Assembly (NCBI GenBank): GCA_052326245.1
Contig: JBKQQE010000313.1
Coordinates: 1-19,751, forward strand
Reading direction: 5' to 3'
From: Xanthobacteraceae bacterium
GTDB taxonomy: Bacteria; Pseudomonadota; Alphaproteobacteria; Rhizobiales; Xanthobacteraceae
Length of the DNA stretch: 19,751 bases
Below, in pieces: positions 1 through 7,567 of this stretch (its first letter is position 1; every line of letters begins with the position of its first letter). The notes beneath the pieces were generated by a model. The model made no database searches, was not told the origin of the DNA, and worked only from the letters and a program-made list of their open reading frames with translations. Made by a program: the position numbers and the translations under genes.

Positions 1-163
1 GCCTCCAATTCGTCCGGCCGCGGACGGCGGCTCCGGGAAGGTCAACTTCGCATTTCATTTCGAAACCTTAATGCCGCGACCAGCGCGTCGTAATGTGCCG
101 GGCCGCATAGAGGGGGTCATGACGGCGGGCGAATCGCGCGCCAAGTCCCTGGAGAAATGTCCC

Positions 164-1723
164 ATGACCGACCATCTTTCAGACCCCGGCACTTCGCCAT
201 TTCATCGGCTGCTGCGACCGTCATTCTTGTCGGCGCGAAAAATGGCGCTGATGGCGTCCACCGCGATCGTTCTCGGCGCCGCCATCTACGGCTTCAGCCC
301 GTCGCCGGGCAATTTCAATATCGTCGCGAGCGCCGCACACGCCGAGACCGTCAACGGTGCCGCACAACCCGCGGGCTTCGCCGACATCGTCGAGCGGGTG
401 AAACCATCGGTGATCTCGGTGAAGGTCTCGATGAAGCAGAAGGCCGCCGACGTGGCAAACAGGGACGATGACGAGCAGTCCGGCTCGCCGATGGAACACT
501 TCTTTCGCAGATTCGGCGGCCCTGACGGCGTGCCTCAGGGAGGACACGGCCGCGGCGGCGCAATGGTGGGGCAGGGCTCCGGCTTTTTCATCTCGTCCGA
601 TGGCTATGCCGTGACCAACAATCACGTTGTCGACGGTGCCGACAAGGTTGAAGTAACGACCGACGCGGGGAAGGTTTACACAGCGAAAGTGATCGGCACC
701 GACCCGCGCACCGACCTTGCTCTGATCAAGGTCGAGGGCGGGTCCGACTTCCCGGCGGCGAAGCTGTCCGCCGGCAAGGCGCGCGTCGGCGATTGGGTGC
801 TCGCAGTAGGCAACCCGTTTGGCCTTGGCGGAACGGTTACCGCGGGCATCGTTTCGGCGAATGGTCGCGACATCGGCAACGGGCCCTATGACGACTTCAT
901 CCAGATCGACGCGCCGGTCAACAAGGGCAACTCGGGCGGTCCGACTTTCAACACGCAGGGCGAGGTCGTGGGCTTGAACACGGCCATCTATTCGCCGTCT
1001 GGCGGCAGCGTCGGTATCGCGTTCTCGATCCCGGCTCAAACGGTGAAGGAGGTGGTTGCCCAGCTCAAGGACAAGGGGGCCGTCAGCCGGGGCTGGATCG
1101 GCGTGCAAATTCAGCCGGTGACCAGGGATATTGCCGACAGCCTCGGTCTGAAGCAGGCAGAAGGCGCTTTGGTATCTGAACCCCAGGGCGATGGGCCGGC
1201 CGCAAAGGCCGGCGTCGAATCCGGTGATATCATCACCGCGGTAAATGGCCAGTCGATCAAGGATGCCCGGGAACTCGCCCGCATCGTCGGCGGCATGGCG
1301 CCCGGAAGTTCGGTGAAGCTCGACCTGTTGCACAAGGGAAAGGACAAGTCCGTCAGTCTGACGCTTGGTCATCTTCCCGACGCCCAGGAGACGAGAGCCG
1401 ACGCCGATGTGGATCGCAACGGTTTGAAACACGGTCTGGATGTGCCACGGCTTGGCCTGACGGTGGCGCCGGCAGACAAGGTTGCGGGCGCAGGAGAGAA
1501 AGGCGTCGTTGTCACCAACGTCGACCCGAACAGCGCAGCTGCGGAGCGCGGCTTCAAAGAGGGCGACGTGATTTTGGAAGTTGCCGGAAAGACTGTTGCA
1601 AATGCTGGTGAAGTTCGCGCGGCCATCGAAACCGCTCGCACCGACAACAAGACCACCGTCTTGATGCGTGTCCGCTCCGGCGACGCGTCTCACTACGTCG
1701 CCGTGCCGCTCGCAAACGGCTGA
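164..1723 (+). CDS. degP: Periplasmic serine endoprotease of the DegP/HtrA (Do) family, with a protease domain and two PDZ-like regions
   Basis: From ORF 71..1723. Trypsin-like triad motifs are TNNHVV (His), DLALIK (Asp) and GNSGGP (Ser). There is a hydrophobic N-terminal signal/anchor, MALMASTAIVLGAAIYGF. The two C-terminal segments look PDZ-like (GALVSEPQGDGPAAKAGVESGDIITAVNG and GVVVTNVDPNSAAAERGFKEGDVILEVAG). The start is placed at ATG 164 because GGAGAA (151-156) lies 7 nt upstream. ATG 71 remains possible. Confidence 0.9.
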   Translation: MTDHLSDPGTSPFHRLLRPSFLSARKMALMASTAIVLGAAIYGFSPSPGNFNIVASAAHAETVNGAAQPAGFADIVERVKPSVISVKVSMKQKAADVANRDDDEQSGSPMEHFFRRFGGPDGVPQGGHGRGGAMVGQGSGFFISSDGYAVTNNHVVDGADKVEVTTDAGKVYTAKVIGTDPRTDLALIKVEGGSDFPAAKLSAGKARVGDWVLAVGNPFGLGGTVTAGIVSANGRDIGNGPYDDFIQIDAPVNKGNSGGPTFNTQGEVVGLNTAIYSPSGGSVGIAFSIPAQTVKEVVAQLKDKGAVSRGWIGVQIQPVTRDIADSLGLKQAEGALVSEPQGDGPAAKAGVESGDIITAVNGQSIKDARELARIVGGMAPGSSVKLDLLHKGKDKSVSLTLGHLPDAQETRADADVDRNGLKHGLDVPRLGLTVAPADKVAGAGEKGVVVTNVDPNSAAAERGFKEGDVILEVAGKTVANAGEVRAAIETARTDNKTTVLMRVRSGDASHYVAVPLANG

Positions 1724-1741
1724 TGAAACGCAACGGATCGG

Positions 1742-1762
1742 CAGCGGTCGTCGTGACCGCTG
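1742..1762. terminator. GC-rich hairpin between convergent genes, a possible bidirectional terminator
   Basis: Perfect 8-bp stem cagcggtc (1742-1749) / gaccgctg (1755-1762) with a 5-nt loop. It lies 19 nt after the degP stop and 39 nt beyond the stop of the convergent gene ending at 1801. No clear U-tract on either strand. Confidence 0.3.
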
Positions 1763-1800
1763 TCGATCGATTGCGGCGTCTCCTTGACTTTTGGGGCGCG

Positions 1801-2739
1801 CTACGACAATCCGACCAGGCGGGCGAAGCGATTCCAGGCCGGCTGCTTTTCGACGGCCGTGGGCGCCATGGTGATCAGGATGAAGTGATTGATCAGCTCG
1901 ATGGTGACGGAGACGCGGCCACCGGCGGCGTCCTGGTACGCGATCATGGTGCCCTGGTCCTGCGGCACCGAACTGGTGGCGTTCCAGCGAAGGTCGGCGG
2001 CGATGTAGCGGATCATCTCGCCGACGGTATGAGGTTGTCCCTTGTCTTCGGGAAACTGCAGGATCTCGCGCGCCCGCATGTTCATGGTGAGAATGCGGGC
2101 GTCGTCGGTCTTGCTGCGCCCGTCCATGATCGGCACCGCGGCAACAATTCCCACCGGCGAGCGATCGTACAGGATGCGCAGCATGTCCACCTTTTCGTTC
2201 AAGGCGTTCATGTAGCACAGCGTATAGGTGGGCGCGCCCGTCCCGTCAGCGGTGAGGGGAAGGATCATCGTCTCCCAATAGGCGTCACGGTTCGACAGCG
2301 ACGAGATATAACGCGCGTAGATCGGCTGATTCAGCGCGATGCACTCGTCGAAGAGTTCCCTGAGGCTGTTGGCCGTGGCGAACTTGCGCTCGGATGACAG
2401 CGATCCGCGCAGATCGTGGCCGAGCTGCGCGATGTGGGCGTCGCTCTGCGCAACCACCAGATAATCGCCGCCCAGTTTCTGGCTGAGAAGCGTCTGATCG
2501 AAACTTTGCGGTTCCTGATACATGTCGCGAACGCGCGGGTTTCTGCTGGCCCTGTGGAACAGCCATTGTCGATAGGCGCGGTCGAGCGATTTCGAATGAA
2601 TGTGTTCCTCGATCGCCTTGCCCTTCCAGGCCTGGATCGCGGCGCGCCGGTCGGCGCCGTTGTCGGCCGATCTCTCCTGGGGCGGCGTAATGACCCTCGG
2701 CGCGGGCGCTGCGGCCGCTCCCCGTGTCATCCCGCTCAT
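1801..2739 (-). CDS. Hypothetical protein, possibly with tandem PAS-like folds and no recognisable output domain
   Basis: 312-aa ORF with a non-repetitive, coding-like composition. Segments such as ILTMNMRAREILQFPEDKGQPHTVGEMIRYI...VSVTIELINHFILITMAP resemble PAS-type sensor folds by eye only. The start could be Met1 (2739) or Met4 (2730). Confidence 0.55.
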   Translation of the reverse strand: MSGMTRGAAAAPAPRVITPPQERSADNGADRRAAIQAWKGKAIEEHIHSKSLDRAYRQWLFHRASRNPRVRDMYQEPQSFDQTLLSQKLGGDYLVVAQSDAHIAQLGHDLRGSLSSERKFATANSLRELFDECIALNQPIYARYISSLSNRDAYWETMILPLTADGTGAPTYTLCYMNALNEKVDMLRILYDRSPVGIVAAVPIMDGRSKTDDARILTMNMRAREILQFPEDKGQPHTVGEMIRYIAADLRWNATSSVPQDQGTMIAYQDAAGGRVSVTIELINHFILITMAPTAVEKQPAWNRFARLVGLS

Positions 2740-2919
2740 AACGCCACCCTCCCGTCATGGCGGGTATAACCCTGCCAGCGCACCCCGCATATTGTGCCGT
2801 CTGAAGCTTAAGATTGTAATACCGCGCGGCGGGTTCCCCCCCCGGGTGTGGCCGTCCGCAGCATCATGGGGGGCGTCTGGCCAGGAACTGCCTTCCATCA
2901 GGCGGTCGAAAGCGGCCGC

Positions 2920-3702
2920 CTATTCCGTCGGTCGTGTGCGACGCGGCCCGCGTTGCGGCGGCGCGTGCCGGAGCCTTGCATCGAGCAGCCTGAGCGCGAG
3001 GTCCGCGATCGACGGCTCGTCGACAGCGGTGAAGTCGTAGAGCGCGGGGTCGAAGTCCTCGTACAGGTATTGATGCCGGTAGATCGGCAATGCGCCACCC
3101 GCGATCGTTTCATAGTGTTGCAGCTTGCGCGCCCGTTGCTCCCTGCTGCGGACGATCCAGTCGAAATGATAGATGCAGCAGTCGTCGGGGGCGTGGTGGA
3201 CGTCGGTGCTCTCGCCGAGGATGCCGGGCGAGTGCAGCAGGGGGTTGAATCTCGCGGTCGCCACGACGAATCCCCGGTACTGGCGGTCTCCCGGATGGAG
3301 CTGGGGCATCGTGCCGGCGAACATGGGCGTTCCATCGCGGATCGCGACGGCGCGGCGCGGTACCGCGATCACGGTCCTGGACGTGGTGGCGGCGATCTCG
3401 GTCAGCCAGGGGATCAGTCTGGCCGACGGGAATTCGTCGTCGTCCAGCCGGAACAGCCATTTGGTTTCGACCATCCTGGCGATTTCGGGAAGGATGGCCT
3501 CGACGAAATCGGGCCTTTTCGCCACTTTCAGAATCGTAGCGGAGTCGATGCTGGCCAGCGCTTCTGTGCGGTATCGGCGCGTCGAGCGGCTGTCGATCAA
3601 GTAGAGCGGCCTGAGGCCGCGTTGCCGGTATTCATCGGCCAGGACGAACGCGTAGGGCGCCCCGTCGCGGGACGGCACGACCATTGAAAGCTGCTCAGGC
3701 AT
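2920..3702 (-). CDS. Putative GT-A-fold glycosyltransferase-like protein with a DxD-type motif
   Basis: 260-aa ORF. It has an N-terminal beta-strand-like MVVPSRDG and an acidic motif, WLFRLDDDEFP, typical of DxD glycosyltransferases. The family assignment is by eye and not verified. It is on the same strand as the CuMMO cluster and 120 bp downstream of it. Confidence 0.45.
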   Translation of the reverse strand: MPEQLSMVVPSRDGAPYAFVLADEYRQRGLRPLYLIDSRSTRRYRTEALASIDSATILKVAKRPDFVEAILPEIARMVETKWLFRLDDDEFPSARLIPWLTEIAATTSRTVIAVPRRAVAIRDGTPMFAGTMPQLHPGDRQYRGFVVATARFNPLLHSPGILGESTDVHHAPDDCCIYHFDWIVRSREQRARKLQHYETIAGGALPIYRHQYLYEDFDPALYDFTAVDEPSIADLALRLLDARLRHAPPQRGPRRTRPTE

Positions 3703-3822
3703 GCAGGACCGACCTTCACTCCGACGGCTATTCTTGATCGGAGCGACTTGCCGAGGTCAAGCTGCTCGGCGTCGGTGCCGCCGATACGCGAACGGCCGCA
3801 ACACCGTCGCCACCCGCGGGGG

Positions 3823-4404
3823 TCACGTCGCCGCCGCTGCCTTCGCGGCACGGCGCCCGCGCCACCGCCAAAAGCCGTAGATGACACCGAAGCCGACGGC
3901 GAGGAATGCGGCCAGAGATGAATACCGAAGATAGAATGGCACTCCGACCGAGAACGGAAACCGTCCGACCGCCTGTTGAACGCCGTCGCCGACGGTAATC
4001 AGTCCGACGTATCTGCCCGGCTGCTGGAACTGATAGTCGAACGAGAAGGTGCCCTTCGGGTAGATCTTCGGCGGAACTTGATAGACCGTTGCGCTGTCGG
4101 GATCGCTCCCGCCGCCATCGTCCAGGACGATCCTGACCGCGACCGGAAGATCGCGCAGCGCATCGTCGATGAAATCCAGGATGACGATGGTCTGCCCCGT
4201 CGCCGGGATGTCCTCGCAGAACTCCTTCCTGTAGCCGTCTCCGGGCTGGTAGCCGGTGAAGTGCATGACATACGGACCGACGCGGAGCTTGCAGTAGTCC
4301 TTTTCCATGGCAAGCCCGCCATGCGCGCTCGCCTCGCCGGCGGCGAACAGGGCGGCCAACAGCCACAGCAATCCAGCCGTGTAGCGCGTGACGTGAAGGT
4401 TCAT
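3823..4404 (-). CDS. Exported protein with a C-terminal membrane anchor, in the pmoD/amoD position; putative copper protein
   Basis: From ORF 3823..4416. The start is placed at ATG 4404 because GGAG ends 7 nt upstream (tatGGAGcgcgcgATG). Signal peptide: MNLHVTRYTAGLLWLLAALFAAGEASA, with predicted cleavage ASA|HGG, which makes His the first mature residue. It has a C-terminal TM helix (LAAFLAVGFGVIYGFW) followed by a basic tail, RWRGRRAAK. A Cys...Met-His cluster (DYCKLRVGPYVMH) sits near the mature N-terminus. The gene begins 28 nt after the PmoB-like stop. Confidence 0.7.
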   Translation of the reverse strand: MNLHVTRYTAGLLWLLAALFAAGEASAHGGLAMEKDYCKLRVGPYVMHFTGYQPGDGYRKEFCEDIPATGQTIVILDFIDDALRDLPVAVRIVLDDGGGSDPDSATVYQVPPKIYPKGTFSFDYQFQQPGRYVGLITVGDGVQQAVGRFPFSVGVPFYLRYSSLAAFLAVGFGVIYGFWRWRGRRAAKAAAAT

Positions 4405-4431
4405 CGCGCGCTCCATATCATTGCGCTGCCG

Positions 4432-5595
4432 TCAGCGAACGAAAGTCGGAACGATGGTTCCGTACACGTTGGCGAGATGCCGCCCGCCGTCGCTGTCGTA
4501 GAAAAACAACAGCCCGCCAAAGCTGCTGTCCGGATCGCGCATCAGGCTGGTCAGGCGCTCGGCCTCCCAGGCCACGTCCGCGGCGGCGAAGTTGATGGTC
4601 CGGGTCTCACCGGGCTGCAGCGGCGTATTGACGTCGACCTGCAGGCCGGTCTTCGGCAGCAGGTCCTTCGGATAGCCCGGGTCGACATTGGCGACGGCGG
4701 CGGGAACCGAATGCTCGATAAAGCGCAAACTGGCGCTGGTGAATTCCCCAAGCTGCAGCGACTTGTTGAATTTGTTGGTGACCTGGATGGTGATCCGCAT
4801 GGCCCGTCCCGGCACGTCGTAGTTGGCCTTGGTCACCTTGAGGTCGACCACCTGCGGCGGGGTCGGCAGCGGCTCGACCCGCACCCGTCCGCCCTGCAGC
4901 GGGATGGTGTTCGGATATCGGTTCTCGGCCCACAGGAAACCGCCGCTGACAAGCACGATGATGCCGGCCAGCCCTGCCGCGGCAACGATCTGGTCCTGGC
5001 GCGTGATCAGCCCGGCCTCGTTGCCCGCCTTCAGCGCCATGTAGCGCGGCAGCAGCAGCGGCCGCCTGATCCACCACAGCAACCACAGCACCGCGATGAC
5101 AAACCACAGCGCGTGCCAGCTGAACACCGTGCCGAGGCCCCAATCCTCAAGGTTGGCGATATAGGTCCCGTCGATCGTCGTCACCGGCTGCCGGAAATCG
5201 GCGAAATTTCCGGTCACGTCGATCCATTCGCCGGGACCCGGCAGCGGACCGGCCTGATGGATATTGAGCATCGGATGGATGTGCCAGTGGCCGGGAATGC
5301 GGCCCTTGACCACGATCTTGAACTCATAGTCGCGGCCGAGCTGCAGGCCGGTCGACTGGATCGCCGGCACGCCGTCGATATAAGACTCGATGCGGGTCAT
5401 CGCGCCGCCGGGCGAGGCAAGCCCCAGGAAAACCGTGTCGGGCTTGGGCAGGATCTCCGGCCAGTCCTCGAAGATGCGGAATTTGCCGGTGATGGTGATC
5501 TCGTCGTTCACCGCCGCCTTGGTGCCGGAAAACTTCACGTCGTACCAGTGCACGGTGCGCATGCGAAGGAACGGCTCCTGGTTGCGCTCGCCGTG
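4432..5595 (-). other. PmoB/AmoB-like mature region of the fusion ORF (residues 302-688)
   Basis: His302, His406 and His408 have exactly the spacing (+104, +106) of His33/His137/His139 in M. capsulatus PmoB as I recall it. His317 corresponds to His48. The position of His72 is Arg341. Confidence 0.85.
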
Positions 5596-6498
5596 GGCCT
5601 GCGTGGGCATGCTGTACAGAATGCTGGTCAGCAACACCGCCAGCCCGAGCACGACCGTTGCCGGTCGCACCACGGCGCCTTTCGCGGCTGGCGCCGATGC
5701 GCCAGCCGATGCGGGCTTGTCCGACAGCCCCATCCATTTGCCGAGCTTGCTCGGCAGGAACGTGGTGCCGGCCAGCAGCTTGCCGATATGCCACCAAAGA
5801 AAGTACATCAGGATGCACATGAACCCCGAGAAGAAGGCGGACACCACCGCGGAATGGCCGCCGAAGGTGCGCAGCGTGCCGCGCTCGATGATGCGCAGAT
5901 ATTCCGGCATGCTGCTGCGCGGATACACGTAGCCGATCATGTCGCCGACCGTGAGCAGCGACCCGATATGCTCGAGCGGCAACCGGTACGCGGCGATCAT
6001 CGGCCAGTTTCCAGGATAGAACAGCAACGCGAACAGCATGCCGCCGAAAATGCCCGCGAAGATGAAATTGCCGCCGAGCAGCAGCACCAGGTCGAGCGCG
6101 ATGGCGCCGGGCAGCATGGTCCCCGGAAAGATCAGCGTGAAGGGAAACCAGGCCCAGATATGGAAGCCGTGCACGCGAACGATCCATTCGCCCAGCAGCA
6201 GCCCGACGCAGCAGAGCGTGGCGCCGATCGGCAGGCGGAAATAGGTCCAGAGAACGTAGTGAACGGCCGCGGGAAAGGTGATCAGCAGCACCGGGGTGAA
6301 GGTCGGCCAGAATTCCCGGTCCTTCCAGTCGTTCCAGAAATCCCAGTCGCCGATCGTCAGTTCGACATGGATGTGGAACGCCGCCGTCAGCACGATGAAG
6401 ATCGCAGCGGCGACCAGAAAATCGAAGGTCCGCGATACCCGCGCGGCCTTGCCTGCCGGCCACACGCCACGCCACGCCGTCTCCGTGATATTTGCCAC
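4432..6498 (-). CDS. pmoA-pmoB: Copper membrane monooxygenase PmoA-like / PmoB-like fusion protein (single 688-aa ORF)
   Basis: GTG start at 6498, with GGGGGGAA ending 4 nt upstream. The N-terminal ~251 aa carry PmoA/AmoA hallmarks: HIHVELTIGDWDFWNDWKDREFW, LLGEW, MLPGAIALD, FYPGNWP, ERGTLRTFGGH. Residues 302-688 carry PmoB/AmoB hallmarks: HGERNQEPFLRMRTVHWYD, GHWHIHPML, two TM helices, and a C-terminal cupredoxin-like segment, VPGRAMRITIQVTN...LGEFTSASLRF. No stop codon separates the two parts. Confidence 0.9.
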   Translation of the reverse strand: MANITETAWRGVWPAGKAARVSRTFDFLVAAAIFIVLTAAFHIHVELTIGDWDFWNDWKDREFWPTFTPVLLITFPAAVHYVLWTYFRLPIGATLCCVGLLLGEWIVRVHGFHIWAWFPFTLIFPGTMLPGAIALDLVLLLGGNFIFAGIFGGMLFALLFYPGNWPMIAAYRLPLEHIGSLLTVGDMIGYVYPRSSMPEYLRIIERGTLRTFGGHSAVVSAFFSGFMCILMYFLWWHIGKLLAGTTFLPSKLGKWMGLSDKPASAGASAPAAKGAVVRPATVVLGLAVLLTSILYSMPTQAHGERNQEPFLRMRTVHWYDVKFSGTKAAVNDEITITGKFRIFEDWPEILPKPDTVFLGLASPGGAMTRIESYIDGVPAIQSTGLQLGRDYEFKIVVKGRIPGHWHIHPMLNIHQAGPLPGPGEWIDVTGNFADFRQPVTTIDGTYIANLEDWGLGTVFSWHALWFVIAVLWLLWWIRRPLLLPRYMALKAGNEAGLITRQDQIVAAAGLAGIIVLVSGGFLWAENRYPNTIPLQGGRVRVEPLPTPPQVVDLKVTKANYDVPGRAMRITIQVTNKFNKSLQLGEFTSASLRFIEHSVPAAVANVDPGYPKDLLPKTGLQVDVNTPLQPGETRTINFAAADVAWEAERLTSLMRDPDSSFGGLLFFYDSDGGRHLANVYGTIVPTFVR
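5596..5745 (-). other. Fusion junction: basic/Ala-rich linker plus the retained PmoB-type signal-peptide-like hydrophobic segment
   Basis: Residues 252-301 read LGKWMGLSDKPASAGASAPAAKGAVVRPATVVLGLAVLLTSILYSMPTQA and are followed immediately by His302. An in-frame ATG at 5731-5733 (Met256) lacks an obvious SD. The junction T-Q-A|H resembles a signal peptidase I site. Confidence 0.7.
5746..6498 (-). other. PmoA/AmoA-like domain of the fusion ORF (residues 1 to about 251)
   Basis: Aligns by eye along its whole length with my recollection of M. capsulatus PmoA. That includes the C-terminal region (HIGKLLAGTTFLPSK here versus FIGRWFSNERFLQST). Confidence 0.8.
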
Positions 6499-6662
6499 GT
6501 TGTTCCCCCCGGGTCAGCCGCGGTTATTGGTTGTTGCGGCGTCTTGTTATTGCAGCTTCTTGTTGCAGCTTCGCAGTTCCCTGCAGCCGATACCGACCGG
6601 GCCGGAGATTGACGGACGCAATTATGACGTCCGGAATACTCCGGCCGCGGTCGCAGCGGTTG

Positions 6663-7490
6663 TCAGATCGTATCGGCCAGGTGCTCGGTTTCTTCCGTGC
6701 CGTAGATCTTCTTCAACAGCTCGACGATGTTCGGCGATACCTGCATCAGCAGGCCGCCCAGCGCCAGCGCCGACCAGCCGAGCACGACAAAGCCCCAATG
6801 CAGCGGGGCGATGAACAGCTCTTCCATCAGCCAGAAGGCATGTCCCCACTCGTTGAAACCGAGATTCGGCAGAATCAGGAACGGTCCGGTCACGCCGATG
6901 ACGAACGGGACGGAGATCGCTCGGGCAAACTGCGGCAGCCGCGTCGAGGCGTACAGATACGAGCCGACCCCGAGGATGATGTAGAGCGGGATGGTCAGGT
7001 AGAACAGCACGATGTGGCTGGGCGTGAAGCTGGTGTCGCGCACCACCACCTGGTGCCAGGACGCGTCCTCTTCGCCGAAGAAGCTGGCGGTGAAGTAGAC
7101 GGCGAACACGTAGCAGAGGATCCATGCGACCAGGGTGAAGTAGCGCTTGAGTTCGGTCCTGGGCTCGATCAGGTCGAGGTGCCGGTCGCGGGTGAGCCAG
7201 AGATACGACCAGACCACGGCCGCGGCGACCGCGAGAACGGTCAGTTCGGTGTACAGCAGCGTCATCCAGTACTTGTCGAACAGTGGATTTGTGGAGTCCA
7301 TGCCCGCGGACCAGGCGAACGCCTGCTGATAGAGCCTGGCGGCCAAGTAGATCATCGCCAAGCCGCCCATCACCATGAGCGTGATGCCGAGGTTCAGATA
7401 CTTTTCCTTGGCCTTGTCCTTGGCCGCATCCCTGGTGGCGCGGTCGGTCGACACAACACCACTCGCTCCCACGTCCAACGCCTGTGTCAT
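6663..7490 (-). CDS. pmoC: Copper membrane monooxygenase subunit C (PmoC/AmoC-like)
   Basis: 275-aa ORF with ATG at 7490 and GGGAGGG 8 nt upstream. Hallmark motifs are EEDASWHQVVVRDTSFTPSHIVLFY (D142/H146/H159) and NEWGHAFWLMEELFIAPLHWGF (N213/H217/H231). There are multiple TM helices. Confidence 0.92.
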   Translation of the reverse strand: MTQALDVGASGVVSTDRATRDAAKDKAKEKYLNLGITLMVMGGLAMIYLAARLYQQAFAWSAGMDSTNPLFDKYWMTLLYTELTVLAVAAAVVWSYLWLTRDRHLDLIEPRTELKRYFTLVAWILCYVFAVYFTASFFGEEDASWHQVVVRDTSFTPSHIVLFYLTIPLYIILGVGSYLYASTRLPQFARAISVPFVIGVTGPFLILPNLGFNEWGHAFWLMEELFIAPLHWGFVVLGWSALALGGLLMQVSPNIVELLKKIYGTEETEHLADTI

Positions 7491-7521
7491 TCGTCATTCC
7501 CTCCCATCATTTTTATAATTC

Positions 7522-7567
7522 AGGATATGAGTCTGCGACGCTTTTGCACAAGGATAGGAGTCTGCGA
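7522..7567 (-). promoter_or_regulatory. Two copies of a 17-bp direct repeat in the pmoC leader/promoter region
   Basis: aggataTgagtctgcga (7522-7538) and aggataGgagtctgcga (7551-7567) match at 16 of 17 positions and are 29 bp apart start to start. The upstream copy overlaps the candidate -10. Confidence 0.5.

Noticed and set aside
1-163. A possible stress-sigma (RpoE/RpoH-type) promoter upstream of degP
   Set aside because: Only loose resemblance (…AACTTcgcatttcatttcgaaaCCTTAAT…). I cannot match a defined consensus with correct spacing.
221-2218. 665-aa minus-strand ORF overlapping degP
   Set aside because: It is antisense to a motif-rich DegP/HtrA gene. It has Arg-rich, noise-like composition and no motifs.
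3976-6612. 878-aa plus-strand ORF, the longest in the track
   Set aside because: It is antisense to the well-supported PmoA-PmoB-like ORF and the anchored-protein gene. Its sequence is Arg/Gly/Asp/Pro/His-rich and low in complexity, as expected of an antisense frame in GC-rich DNA, and it has no recognisable motifs.
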